Part shown: positions 42,702 to 56,400 of the stretch, piece by piece
Numbering within the stretch: position 1 is the stretch's first letter
Layout: the number at the start of each line of letters is the position of its first letter
Assembly: GCA_964016885.1 (NCBI GenBank)
Contig: OZ024740.1
Location: forward strand, 425,320,001 to 425,384,000
From: Eledone cirrhosa
Lineage: Eukaryota
DNA length: 64,000 nt
Direction: 5' to 3'
Position numbers and translations under genes: made by a program
Notes under the pieces: generated by a model
What the model was told of the DNA's origin: nothing
Seen by the model: only the letters and a program-made list of their open reading frames with translations
Database searches by the model: none

Positions 42702-44408
42702 ATAGATAGATAGATAGACACACACAAACATATATATATATGTTTTTATATATATATATATATAAAGGTATATATATATATATATGTGTGTGTGGTAGTA
42801 TCATTTACACAGTGGTAAAGACTACCTACACTCCCAAATCTACGTTTACGTTAATTCATTCTCTTCGACAACAAGCATACTAGAAAGGAACTAATAGTCG
42901 GAACATAGTATATATTCAGTATTATATATTGACCTTCAATATATAGCAAACCTGACCTTTATTATAAATTCTTTATTATCAATGTCAATTCGAATCAGTC
43001 TTACAACGAACGCTGCTTATCGTTTGTGAATTCGGTGTCTAAGACTCTGAAAGTACAAATCTATTTGTTTTCTTTGTTCTACTGCTGTTCTTATCATTAG
43101 AAGAACAGGCAACGCCGCTTGATGGCTCCGAGAAGGCCATGGCAAATAGGAAATCTATTCCTTTAAGCATTGTACAATGAAAAAGAACTAGAAAGTAAGC
43201 AGATCAGTTAACAACAACTCCAGGAACAAAACTACAGAAGGTTGATGGTGGTGGTTGTGGTTGTGATGGTTGTAGTGGTGGTGCTGTTGGTGGTGATGTT
43301 GGTGGTGTTGGTGGTAGTGGTGGTGGTGTGTGGTAGAAGAGATATCATTGTAAAAGATCCTATCAAATTACCAAAACTGAGAGTAAAAGAAAGGAAAAAA
43401 AGAACAATGGCCGAATTAATAGCGGCAACGGCGCTGGAAAGTGACGTAATCAGCAATTCTATGGCGTCGGCAGCTGAGCAATCAATCATAGGCACCCTAA
43501 TCAGACAAACTATCATATATCGAAGATTTGGGGGTTGCTGTTCTCTTGTGACGTGAATGTGATAATCAACCGAATGTCAAACGTGATATTTGTTCGGGAT
43601 TAAAAGCGGTTGTAGAAGATTGAAGAAATCATAAGAAAAATGCTATTTGTTTTTGTTTTATTTTCTCTATTTTTAAGGACTATTTTCAGAATTCTCGGAA
43701 TAAACGATATATTTGTCCTTGTCTAATACTGTAAAAGTATTTCCAATAAGAACATTCCAATTGAAATGATTCACATTTGTTACCCATATTACCTCCTCTT
43801 TTTGTTTTGGTATTTTATTTGTATAGTTTAGTGAAAGCAGGAAGAGTTGAGTCGACTACCTTTTTACATTTTAAGAGGAAAAGAAGCTACACTTAGTTAA
43901 AAAAGAAAAAAACAACACAGTGAACACCACTAAATGCACCCAAGCCGCGGGTGGTTGCCTTTAACTAGATGAGGGTTTGTCTGTATTAAAAACTGGTAGA
44001 GGTACATAGATACCTACAGGTTCTTGTACAGTTTCCGTCTACTGCATTTAATTGGCAAAGCTTGGGCACATCCTACTCTATGTTAGATGCTTTGCCAATG
44101 TATCAAACTCAGAACCACATGATTATTCAGTAGACTTTCACACACAGCTATGATTACACCTATATGATCCAGGTAATGGAGACATGGTTGTAGATTGAAC
44201 ATCCATAAATCAGTGTTAACATAAACAGATTGTAGGTAATAACTTAAATGAAGAGCGTAACTGTTAAAAACATACGAAGGGCTTCATGTTATTTCTATAT
44301 CTGAATGCTTTCCGCTAATAACAATAGTCATGTGTGTTTATTATGTTGTCTGAAGTATGTGTAGCATTATATTTATGTCTAAATTTATATATAGTTTGGT
44401 CTAGCATT

Positions 44409-44820
44409 ATATTCTAGCAGTATATTCTAGCAGTATATTCTAGCAGTATATTCTAACAGTATATTCTAGCAGTATATTTAGCAGTATATTCTAGCAGTAT
44501 ATTCTAGCAGTATATTCAGCAGTATATTCTAGCAGTATATTTAGCAGTATATTCTAGCAGTATATTCTAACAGTATATTCTAGCAGTATATTCTAGCAGT
44601 ATATTCTAGCAGTATATTCTAGCAGTATATTCTAGCAGTATATTCTAACAGTATATTCCAGCAGTATATTTAGCAGTATATTTAGCAGTATATTCTAGCA
44701 GTATATTCAGCAGTATATTCTAACAGTATATTCTAGCAGTATATTCTAGCAGTATATTTAGCAGTATATTCTAGCAGTATATTTAGCAGTATATTCTAGC
44801 AGTATATTTAGTAGTATATT
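44409..44820. repeat. 13-bp minisatellite (tattctagcagta)n with 12-bp variants, ~32 units
   Basis: Direct reading. Confidence 0.95.
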
Positions 44821-45374
44821 AAAATATCGGATGTTAATATTTGTTTAATTCTATGGAATTCCTCATCCAGAGTTATGTTTGTAGAGGAGAAACTAAATAT
44901 TCTGTGACTGTCTTCCATTACATTCTCTAGTTTAACATCCCCTTCTCTTATAAAAGTACATTGTCTCTGTTGTAATTTTGGTCGAATTATACCTTCGATT
45001 GTTCCATAGTCCAGTTATTTTACGAAACATGGCAACGTTTATATTAGATTATGTCTTCGATCTTGTTCTATAGTTAATCAACCAATTATCAACGCAATAC
45101 TATAAATGCTGTGTGTTTTCTATTTCATTTCACAGTTAAGATAGTATTTGTTTAAAGTTGCCTTCGTTGACCATAGCAAGATTATATAAGTCGTTGGTTA
45201 ATGTTGCTTTCTCGGCGGTTAATTATATTACATTCGACGTTTATTGGACATTGCATCGAATGTTAACAGTTGCTTAACTATTGTTGCTCATACAGATGGA
45301 GTGACTATATGAGTAATTTATTATATTACAGTCTACCATACTTAAAGTGTACTTACTTAATTATCGAACTTCTT

Positions 45375-46140
45375 GTTGTATGACATGCGCAGTAGCTAGG
45401 GAGGTAGGTCGAGACCAGCGAGCCAGACCAAGGTGTCATTTGCAGCATTATGGATTGCCTGCAGGTCGCCGGGAAAATATCTGAGGGGGCAATCCCGAAT
45501 AACATGCAGTACAGTCTGGTCAGGGTCGTCATAGTCACATGCTGGGCTGTCTTTCATTTTCAATCGACGGAGATGATGTGCTGTCCTGGCATGTATTGTA
45601 CAGGTCCAATTAAGGGACACCCATTTCTTTCACAAAAGGCCAAAGCCCGTTGGTTTAGATGTGGATTCCTGGATGAGGTCCTGGTTTGCTAATTTGGTCT
45701 CATTCCAAGATCTTCTCCAATCTTACTCCAGATCAAACTTATTGTTCTGAAGGGTCTTCATAGATTCCCAGAATTGTTTGTGCGATTTCAAGCGCAATTC
45801 CAGGTCTTCATGGATGGGAAAGACGGGCTTGAATTTAGTAAGAAGTATTGCTTCGTGGATCCTCTCCTAACACCGCATTGTTAAGTTATAAGAGAAAGGG
45901 TAGACAGCTACTGAGTAGATATAGATTTTAGTGTGCCAGATAATATTGTCATTGCTGAGGTGAGGATGGTGTCAACTAGCTTGGCATGGCAGCACCCTTC
46001 CCAGACCGATGAACATACTCAGTAACTGAGTATGCAAGTCATAAGCACACAGTTCAGAGTGTGTGTGCATCAGACCCTGAGCTGTTCCCTGCTAACTTGT
46101 GGATGATAATAATCCTGGTCTGGAGCTTCCAGGCAACCCT
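45375..46140 (-). pseudogene. Decayed 3' part of a Vingi/Ingi-like LINE ORF
   Basis: IHKLAGNSSGSDAHTL..LAYSVTEY..HAKLVDTILTSAMTILSGTLKS and SPACDYDDPDQTVLHVIRDCPLRYFPG..IHNA...LVWL; multiple stops. Confidence 0.7.
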
Positions 46141-46411
46141 CTTTATAGCACGTATATTAGGAATTTAGGAAGAAAATAATCTCTTAATAATTTGAATAGT
46201 AATTCATTATATAGTTTAAGTACATATTTCAAACGTAGAAATCTAGACAGAAACCTCTCGCCCATAAAAGACAGGACAATGGACCTCTAAATGATCACAC
46301 AGTATATATACTGTCAAAGACAGCGATGGGCGGAAATGCCTCAGAGGACAGAGACCAGCGGCCAGTGGTCAGTAGAGAGACAATCTCCACAATATATATA
46401 TATATATGTAT

Positions 46412-46517
<106 letters not shown>

Positions 46518-46704
46518 CAAAGGAATTGTGATAAGGAACCAGATGGACCATAACGCACCAGAGTACTCAATACTTAGGGTAGTAGAGTGGGAAATAGGAA
46601 AAAGTATGACCCCGACGGCAGAGCTCAAGCCGTTTCGACGGCTATTTCTGGACTGAAATAGCCGTCGAAACAGCTTCAGCTCTGCCGTCGGGGTCATACT
46701 TTTT

Positions 46705-46706
<2 letters not shown>
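46518..46706. mobile_element. Family X fold-back element copy 3
   Basis: Tail plus ~52-bp inverted arms around tggact; in (TA)n. Confidence 0.85.
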
Positions 46707-46758
<52 letters not shown>

Positions 46759-46786
46759 TGGTTACACAACAGTTAGTTCACCATAC

Positions 46787-46824
46787 CGAGAACAATTATT
46801 TCACCTTAGCGGATCCTCAGCTCG
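46787..46824 (-). ncRNA. Very compact type I hammerhead, ~30 nt from a (TA)n junction
   Basis: CGAG CUGAGGA U CC gcuaa GG U GAAA UAAUUGU U CUCG; near-palindromic stem III, GUU site. Confidence 0.65.
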
Positions 46825-47007
46825 TAATATATATACTTTATACTGCGACTGCTTACTCCGATGTTTCGCAGATACTACAGGCTTCTCAGCTATGATCGAT
46901 AGTATACAAATAGAGAATCACTGGTCATAATCAATATTTTTAACTCTCTTAACAGTAAATGTATAGTGTATTTATTACATGAACTTATAGAACAAACATC
47001 TTTCTAT

Positions 47008-47095
<88 letters not shown>

Positions 47096-47115
47096 GATAT
47101 ATATATATACATATA

Positions 47116-47157
<42 letters not shown>

Positions 47158-47159
47158 AT

Positions 47160-47206
<47 letters not shown>

Positions 47207-47291
47207 TGCACACACACACTTTGTGCATATATCTATATATCTATATAGCTATATCTATCTATCTATTTCTCTCTCTCTATATATATATATT

Positions 47292-47433
<142 letters not shown>

Positions 47434-47872
47434 CGCAAGCGTGGAATTGAAAATGCTCTGCCTTGGTAAAGGTGGATGGACAGTGATGTTTCTCTAGCTA
47501 ATATCTGTAGAAGAAAGAAGACGAGTATACGAGAAAAAGTTTCGCAAATAACGATATGTAATTTGAACCCTGCACAAGACTAAGCAGATCTTTGAATACT
47601 ATCGATTCCTTGTAAGATAACGGCGCCAATGTCAATCAAGAATAGCCGATGTTTAGTTCAATGTTCCCTAACAAAAGTGTCCATTGAAAATCTCCTTTCT
47701 TTGATGGTTCATGAGACAATATCTTAAATGCCACATTGTGAAAGACAGACGGCAAAAGATAGTTGAGAGAATATCTTTATTTCTTAAGATCTTGTTTACT
47801 TCTTAATTTTTAGTTTTTATTTCTATCTTTACTTCTCATTCCTCGGATCAGATCGCGAAAGTTTTTGAAATT

Positions 47873-47939
<67 letters not shown>

Positions 47940-48025
47940 GAGAGAAACATATATGAACACACACAATATAAGTATATATGCATACACACAAACACGCACA
48001 CACCCACACACAAACATATATGTAC

Positions 48026-48124
<99 letters not shown>

Positions 48125-48290
48125 TACACAGAAACGCACACACAGACACAAATATATATACATATACATATGCATACACGCACACATACACACACATATA
48201 CATATGTGTATGTACATAAAAGCAACTAGTGCACATAATTATCTAATGTATTCTGTTTCTTTATTCATCGCACCATCTATCTATCTATCT

Positions 48291-51200
48291 CAAAAATGCG
48301 CATGGTTGGCTATTCAGACCACAAATTAGTGACCTGCATGGTCAACCTTGACATAACTCATAGACAGGGACCCGGTTACTGGAAGCTCAACTTGTCCTTA
48401 CCGGCAAGTAAGGCTTACAGGAACCGGATTAGCACTTTAGTTAAGGAGCGGTTGACGGGCGCCATCGTCAACAGCAGGTGGTGGGGATCTCTCAAAAGAG
48501 AGATTAGAGTAGTCTCTATAGAATTTAGTAAGGAGTTAGCCTCAAATAGAAATAGAAAGGAAAGGGAGTTGGTAGATAGTGTAGAAGAGGCAATTAGAAG
48601 CGGCGACGTGGCCAGAGTGCTAGCGTCGAGAACGGCCCTGGGCCAGTTCTTCGACGCGAAACACGAAGGCTGCATCGTCCGAAGCAAAATACGTGCTCTG
48701 GGAAACGAGGGGACCAAAGCTGTTAGCTGGGCCCGCGTGACAGAAGCCAAAAGAGGGAGCAGATCCACTATCCGGTCTTTGCGAGACCAGGATGGACGGG
48801 TGATCCTTGAACCTAAGCAGATGTGCGAGGCTTTTCAAAAGCACTTTGCCGGATTGTTCGGAAGGGGCGGGGGGCCGGTTGGGGACGTGGACTTCGGTCC
48901 ATACCTCGACGGCCTGCCGCGTCTCTCGGACAGGGAGGCGAAGTCCTGCGAGGAGCCGATTTCAGCCGCTGAGATAGAGGACGTGCTGAGCAAATGCGGC
49001 AAACGCAAATCCCCGGGTCTCGATGGGCTTCCATACGAACTATATCTAGCTATGCCGGACTTGTTCCCCGAACTCCTCGAGGCGGTCTACTGCAACTGGC
49101 AACAGAACGGGAGAATTCCCTGTGCTGTGACCAAGGGCGTAGTCACGCTAGTAAGGAAGGACGAGAACAAGGGGGACGATATAAATAATTTCAGGCCCAT
49201 AACTCTGCTAAATACAGAGTTACAGATTTTGGCCAAGGTGCTAGCAAAGAGGTTGGCGCTTGTCGTGGGCAACCTGGTGGGAGATGCGCAGACATGTGCT
49301 ATCCCGTCCAGGTCCATCCACGATAACCTCCACCTCATGCGATACATCATAGAGAGGGTTGGGAACGAACCCGGCTTTGGTGGGGCCCTGATCAACTTGG
49401 ATCAATCTAAGGCATTCGATAGGGTTGACCATGGTTATCTGGATGCGGTGCTAGCGGCGGCAGGCTTCGGACCCGTTTTCAGGGGCTGGATCAATGCCAT
49501 GCACAGCAGCCGCATCTGCTCGAGGGTCAAGGTGAACGGCTACCTCTCGGAGCCGTTCGAAATCGCGCGGTCCATCCGACAGGGGTGCCCTCTCTCCTCC
49601 CTTCTTTATGTAATGACTCTAGAGCCACTGCTGCGGAAGTTGGAGTTGTTGCAGGGCATCCCGTTGGAACCGGGATTGCGGAAAGCGGTGTCAGCCTACG
49701 CCGATGACGTAACAGTAACGGTGTCGACGGCCTCGGAAATCAGGGCGATCGGCACCTTACTGGAGGAGTACGAAAGGTTTACAGGGGCTAAGCTGAACCG
49801 GGACAAGTCGATCGGTCTGCAACTCGGCACGTGGAGGGGCAGATCGATGCCCTCCGATGGCGTCGTCGGGCGCTGGACGGAGGGCCCGGTGAAGTTGCTC
49901 GTGGTCTGGTTCGGACCAGACCTCCAGGTGGAGAAGAACTGGGGTGAGGTGACGAACAGGGTGTTTGCACTGACCCAGAAGTGGGCCGAGTGCAAACTGT
50001 CCCTGAAAGGACGGGCGGAGGTGGCGAACACTTACATAGCGTCCGTCATCTAGTACCGCCTGACCGTTGTGCCTTGCCCAAGGGAAACGCTCGCCAAAAT
50101 GGAGCGCGCACTCTTCCAATTCCTTTGGAAGAAGCGGGCTCCTATGGTGAGGAGGTCCATCTGCTGTCAACACCCTTCGAAAGGAGGGCTGGGGATGCCG
50201 TGGATAATGATACGTAAACACGCATTAAGGCTACGGCACCTTCAGGTATTCCCCTCCGGTCAACCGGTGTGGGCCCCGTTTGTGAGGCGAGCCTTTCCCA
50301 GACTCGTCTCACTCACCGAGCTGCAATCCTGGGTCAAGCAAAGACCGAGAAAACTGGGCGCCTGGCACACCGAGTGTGTCCAGGCACTCACGGCTCTCTG
50401 GCAGGCGGACCCGGCTGTCAGTGGAGAATCCACCTCGTCATTCTATAGAGGGCTGGTTGTTAGCAGGTGCGACGACGCCCTCGGAGAAGCCCTAGGCATG
50501 GAGGAAGACGAACTGGCCAACCTGTTCGGTAGGACGTTCAGCCCGGGACCCATGGATAACTTCCAGAGGTCCCTGGCCTGGCAATGCTACAGAAGGGCTC
50601 TGCCCGTTCGAGAAAGGCTCTACAGACACGGGCGCCCGGGTAGGGACCCATCGAAAAAGATCTGTCCCAGATGCGTGTGCGACGAGGAAACCGTTGCACA
50701 CGCATTGGTACACTGCTCGGGCATTGCCGATCTGTGGGGTTATGTCGAACAACTGCTGTCAAGGGTGGGACCAATCCGGTTGACCACCGAGTCTATTGTA
50801 ACGATCAAGCCACCTCCCCTCTTCAAAAACGAAGGAGAGGCGGTGTTTCTGTGCGTAATAGCCATGGCGAAAGAGGTTGTATGGTGGACGCGTCTGAAAG
50901 GACTGAGGTCAGACACCTTTCTCTCTGGCCAACAACTGGTCCGTTTCTTCCGATATCATTTCGGAAGAAGGATCAGGATGGAGAGAGAGGTGCTGCACCC
51001 CAGCCGTTTCTATGAAAGATGGGTGAAAGTGGCGAGAATGGCCCGTGTGAATGGGCCTTCACTCTACATCAGATTATAGGTGAGGAAGATGAAAGACCAA
51101 GGGAGCACCCCTTCTCTGTGCTCCTGAGGAGAAGGGTTGCACACTTTTTTCGGGGGTGTGTGCGACCCCCCAAGGCGCCTCCTCTCTATTGAGGACTTTG

Positions 51201-51342
51201 TTATAAATTTTATTTTTTGTTATATTTTATTTTATTTTTATATATTGTTATTGCCTCCTCCTTATTGAGGACGCCTTGTTTTGTAAACTCCCCCCATTGT
51301 ACTTGTCCCACTTTTGATGCCCTGGTGGCAAATAAAAGAAAC
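48291..51342 (+). mobile_element. 5'-truncated Tx1-like LINE, element B, in (ATCT)n
   Basis: atctatctatctatct upstream; AATAAA-agaaac then (ATCT)n downstream. Confidence 0.92.
48296..51079 (+). pseudogene. Element B partial ORF2 (end of APE, RT, zinc finger) with one in-frame TAG at 50051
   Basis: YSDHK, QGCPLS, YADD, CPRCVCDEETVAHALVHC; ORFs 48296-50053 and 50069-51079 share a frame. Confidence 0.92.
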
Positions 51343-51343
51343 A

Positions 51344-51393
<50 letters not shown>

Positions 51394-51594
51394 GATAGAG
51401 TAAGACACGCTTCGCATCGGCTCCGCTATTCCATCGGGATTTACCCTTACTATTGTAAGTACCGGATAAATTTTTTAGTGCAACACATTTGGAACACTAA
51501 CCCCTGTTATTTAGGGAAACATTTTTGCATTTACCCCCTTTTAAGGGGGTAAAATAAATATCTATTTTTGCCGAAAAATTTCTTTCTTGGCAGC

Positions 51595-53407
51595 ATGGCG
51601 GAAAAGATGGCAGACATGTCTGCCATTAGCTCTGCCACGCCCCCCAAGTCTGAAGAACAAAAAATAATTACAACAAAATTAGACATTGAAACAAACAAAC
51701 AAAATGAAAAAACAAATGTTAAGGAAAATGAGCAAACAGAAAACAAACAAACAGAAAATAATACAAATAACGACAGGGCAACTTTCGCCCAGAAAACAAA
51801 ACAATCCATTACATACACACCAATTGACCTAACTGCCGCCAGAGAAAAACTGGCCGAAGCAAAGAAACACATTGTTTTGGGGGAGAACGGAATGTTTTCC
51901 ATTAACTCCCCCCCAGAATTCAAGAAAGCCAGAGCAGAAAACACAGTTATATACAGAACTATACTGAACCAGACAAGAAAGCCAGCACAGCCCAGCCAAA
52001 TGGAAATAGAGTTAGTCCTAAAAGACTATATGAAGAATATTCTCTTCATACGAAAGGACCGACTCTATGGCAGCATTTCGGTCCTAACAAGAGACAAAGA
52101 AACGGCGGAGAAGCTTTCCCTAAGCCCACTCTCGTCGACAACATATAGCTTCTATCCCTCCTACATGGGTAGAAGAACACAGAGAGTAAAAGTAAAAACA
52201 ATGCTGCCCACAATGGACTTCTGGTGGGCTATTGCTGGCTTCATTGATATGGGCGAAGACACTATGCTGTCAATGGGGAAGGCAACTGGAGATGCGTTCC
52301 TGGGAATGGGCCTCGACATACTAGTCCAAATGAGGCCCGAAAGAATAGCACAAATCCCGGATCGCATCTGGCTGGATGACCTTACCCCAATAGACATAAT
52401 TGTAGAGGGGAGAAGACCAGCATGCTATTTATGCATGGAAAGGGGACACGTTAAGGCTAACTGCCCGAAACGTATCCCCCAAAAAGGACTATTGCCCACA
52501 CCCACCACAAACAGTACACCAGCACCACCCACCTCCAAAAATACACTAATACCACACACAGCAAACAAAATACAGACACCACCAACCACAAACACAACAC
52601 AAACATCACGACACAAAAATCACCACCACCAACCACAACACAAACATCACCACCACCATCACCAACCACAAGCACGACACAAACATTACCACCACCACCA
52701 CCACAAAACCCATTCCAAACAAATAATAAAAAAAACAGTAACAAATCTACCCCTCCCGCAAAAAAAAAACAACCACACAACACGTCCCTCCCACCTAGCG
52801 CTGAAGAGTTTCCCCCAACTTCTGAAGAAGAAGGAGGAGAAGCCTTCAGACAAGTTAAAAGAAAAAAAAGAAAACACACACCCAGCACACCACAAATAAC
52901 CCACACACAAACACCAACTCCAATCAAAAACACCCCACCCTCAACAAACAAAAATAAATCTGCGCCTCCCCTCTCCGAAACATTGACAGCATCACAAAAA
53001 AAGACGTTGCAATACACATATATAAATAAAGAAAACAAAAAACTGGTTAAATTAATAAACAATAACCCTATGGTGCAGACCGAAGGGCCAAACTTTATCT
53101 CAACAGAGAACTTCACCCATTTAAAAATGATAAAGGTCCCTCTGGACCTTTATCGTTCCTTAAAAGAACAATTTAGACGGGACGTGAGCCCCCCCCCTGT
53201 TTAAAACCGTTGAATCGCGTCCTCTTGAAAGATTTCCCCATAACCGCCCCTCTCCCTGACACAACTCCAAATACCCCAACCCCACCACACACGTGTACCC
53301 CCACACCACCACAAAACATCCCTCCACCCAACACACCTGATGCCATGGAAATTACGCAACCCGGAGAGGTAAGTGCTTTTCTTTCTTCACTTTCAACACC
53401 AAAATAG
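51595..53407 (+). CDS. Element C ORF1 (CCHC zinc knuckle, Thr/Pro-rich C-terminal region); open to 52899, remainder continues in shifted frames
   Basis: CYLCMERGHVKANC; homologous to element A ORF1; frame breaks lie in low-complexity/homopolymer sequence (mutation or sequencing error). Confidence 0.75.
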
Positions 53408-53412
53408 ATCAA

Positions 53413-56400
53413 TTGAGAGTTGGCTGTTTGAACGCGCGTGGCCTGAGCTCAGCTTGGAAGCAAGCAAAGCTTCTAAGTGACCTCAGGTCACAAAGTATAG
53501 ATGTGATGGTTGTTTGCGAGAGTCGGATCAGCAGCGTGAGACAGCTGGCGCCCGCCTTCGATGACTTTGAGATGCACGCATCTCTCTGTCAACCCGGAGG
53601 CGGGGGGGGAGTTGCCGTACTGCTGGATAAACGTCTGACTCTCGACGTACAGATTGTTCACTCGGACCCGGGGGGTCGATTACTGGTGCTGGACGTCGGA
53701 GGCGGTGAAGGCGGGGCTTTCAGACTGGTCGGTCTTTATGCTCCCTTCGGGGCGGAAAGAGCCGACTTCTTCCAGCGTCTGGAGACTTTTCTAGGAACGT
53801 CGCGTTCCCTGCTTTTAGTGGGGGACTGGAATGGAATCCTAGATGCGCGTTGGGACTATGCAGGGGCATGTCCCGATAGAGGGGGGTGTAGCAGCCTCAA
53901 GGGGTTACTCGATCGATTCGACCTGGTCGATAGATTTCGACTAGATTGTCCAACTGCGCCAACCTGGACCTGGGCAAACCGCAGTGGACAATCTAGATCG
54001 TACCTAGATAGGTTTTTAGTTAGGAGTAAGGATAGGGACGTATTTAGTTGTCCAGAACTGATCATGGTTGGCTATTCAGATCACAAATTAGTGACCTGCG
54101 TGGTCAACCTTGATAGAACGCATAGACAGGGTCCCGGTTACTGGAAGATGAACTTGTCCTTACCGACAAAGAAAGATTACAGACACCGGATTAGTAGCTT
54201 AGTTAAGATACGGTTGACGGGAGCGATCGTCAACAGTAGGTGGTGGATATCTCTAAAGAGAGAGATTAGAGTAAGTTCGATAGGTTACAGTAAGGAACTA
54301 GCGGCGAATAGAAATAGGAGGGAAAGGGAGTTAACATATAAACTAGAAGAGGCGATTAGGAGCGGAGACGTAGCCAGAGTGTTAGCGACGAGAACGGCAT
54401 TGAGCCAGTTCTTTGACGCGAAGCACGAAGGCTGCGTTGTCCGAAGTAAAATACGTGCTTTAGGAAACGAGGGGACCAAAGCTGTTAGCTGGGCCCGCGT
54501 GACAGAAGCCAAGAGTGGGATTAAATCCACCATTCGGTCTTTGCGAGACCAGGATGGACGGGTGATCCTTGAACCTGAGCGAATGTGCGAGACCTTTCAA
54601 AGGCACTTTGCTCGACTGTTCGGAGGTGGCGGGGGGCCGGACGGGGATGTGGACTTCGGTCCATACCTCGACGGTCTACCGCGTCTTTCGAGCGGCGAAG
54701 CGGAGTGCTGCGAAAGGCCAATCACAGCCACTGAAATCGGGGAAGCGCTCAGCCAATGCAGCAGACGCAAATCCCCGGGTCTCGATGGTCTACCATACGA
54801 ACTTTATTTAGCTATGCCGGTCTTGTTCTCCGAACTCCTCGAGGCTGTCTATTGCAACTGGCAACAGAACGGGAGAATTCCCTGTTCTGTGACCAAGGGC
54901 GTGGTCACGCTAGTGAGGAAGGACGAGAGCAAAGGGGACGACTTAAGTAACTTTAGGCCCATAACTCTGCTGAATGCAGAGTTACAGATTTTGGCCAAGG
55001 TGTTGGCGAAGAGGTTGGCGCTTGTGGTGGGTGGTTTGGTGGGAGACGCGCAGACATGCGCTATCCCGTCCAGGTCCATTCACGACAACCTCCACCTCAT
55101 GCGATACATCATAGAGAGGGTTGGCTACGAACCCGGCTTTGGTGGGGCCCTGATCAACTTGGATCAATCTAAGGCGTTCGATAGGGTCGACCATGGTTAC
55201 CTGGATGCGGTGCTAGCGGCGGCGGGCTTCGGACCCGTTTTCAGGGGCTGGATTTCTGCCATGCACAGTGGCAACATCTACTCTAGGATTAAAGTAAACG
55301 GCTACCTCTCGGAGCCGTTTCAAATCACCCGATCCATCAGACAGGGGTGCCCCCTCTCCTCCCTTCTGTACGTATTGACTCTTGAGCCACTGCTGCGGAA
55401 GTTGGAGTTGCTGCGGGGCATACCCCTGGAACCGGGATTGCACAAAGCGGTCTCGGCCTATGCCGACGACGTAACAGTAATGGTGGCGGACGCCTCGGAA
55501 ATCGGGGCGATCGCCACCCTACTGGAGGAATACGAAAGGCTGACGGGGGCTAAGCTGAACCAGGACAAGTCAGTCGGTTTGCAACTCGGAACGTGGAGGG
55601 GCAAACCGATGCCGTTAGACGGTGTCGTCGGGCGGTGGACGGAGGGCCCGGTGAAGCTGCTCGGGGTCTGGTTCGGACCGGACCTCCAGGTGGAGAAGAA
55701 TTGGGGCGAGGTGACGAGCAGGGTGTTTGCGCTGACCCAGAAGTGGGCCAAGTGCAAACTATCACTGAAAGGTCGGGCGGAGGTGACGAACGCTTACATA
55801 GCGTCCGTCATCTACTACCGCCTGACCGTCGTGCCTTGCCCCAAGGAAAAGCTCACCATCATGGAACGCATGCTCTTCCAGTTCCTCTGGAAGAAGCGGC
55901 CTCCCATGGTGAGGAGATCCATCTGCTGCCAGCACCCTTCGAAAGGAGGGCTGGGTATGCCGTGGCTGTTGATGCGTAGGCACGCATTGAGGCTACGGCA
56001 TCTACAGGTATTCCTCAACGGTCAGCCGGTGTGGGCCCCGTTTGTGAGGCGAGCCTTCCCACAGCTCGTCTCGCTCACCGAACTGCAATCCTGGGTGAAG
56101 CAAAGACCGAGAAAACTGGGCAACTGGCACACTGAGTGTGCCCAGGCGCTCACGGCTATCTGGCAAGCGGACCCGACTGTCAGTGGAGAATCCACCTCGA
56201 CATTCTATAGAGGGTTGGTGGCTAGCAGGGGCGACGACACCCTTGGAGAGTCGCTAGGCATGGAGGAGGACGAACTGGCCAGCCTGTTCGGTAGAACTTT
56301 CGGCCCGGGACCCATGGACAACTTCCAGAGGTCCCTAGCCTGGCAGTGTTACCGGGGGGCTCTGCCCGTTCGAGAAAAGCTCTACAGACACGGGCGCCCG

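Noticed and set aside
46850-46895. Second HHR-like string on the minus strand (CTGAGAA...GAAAC...GTA)
   Set aside because: Non-canonical core and no stem I pairing
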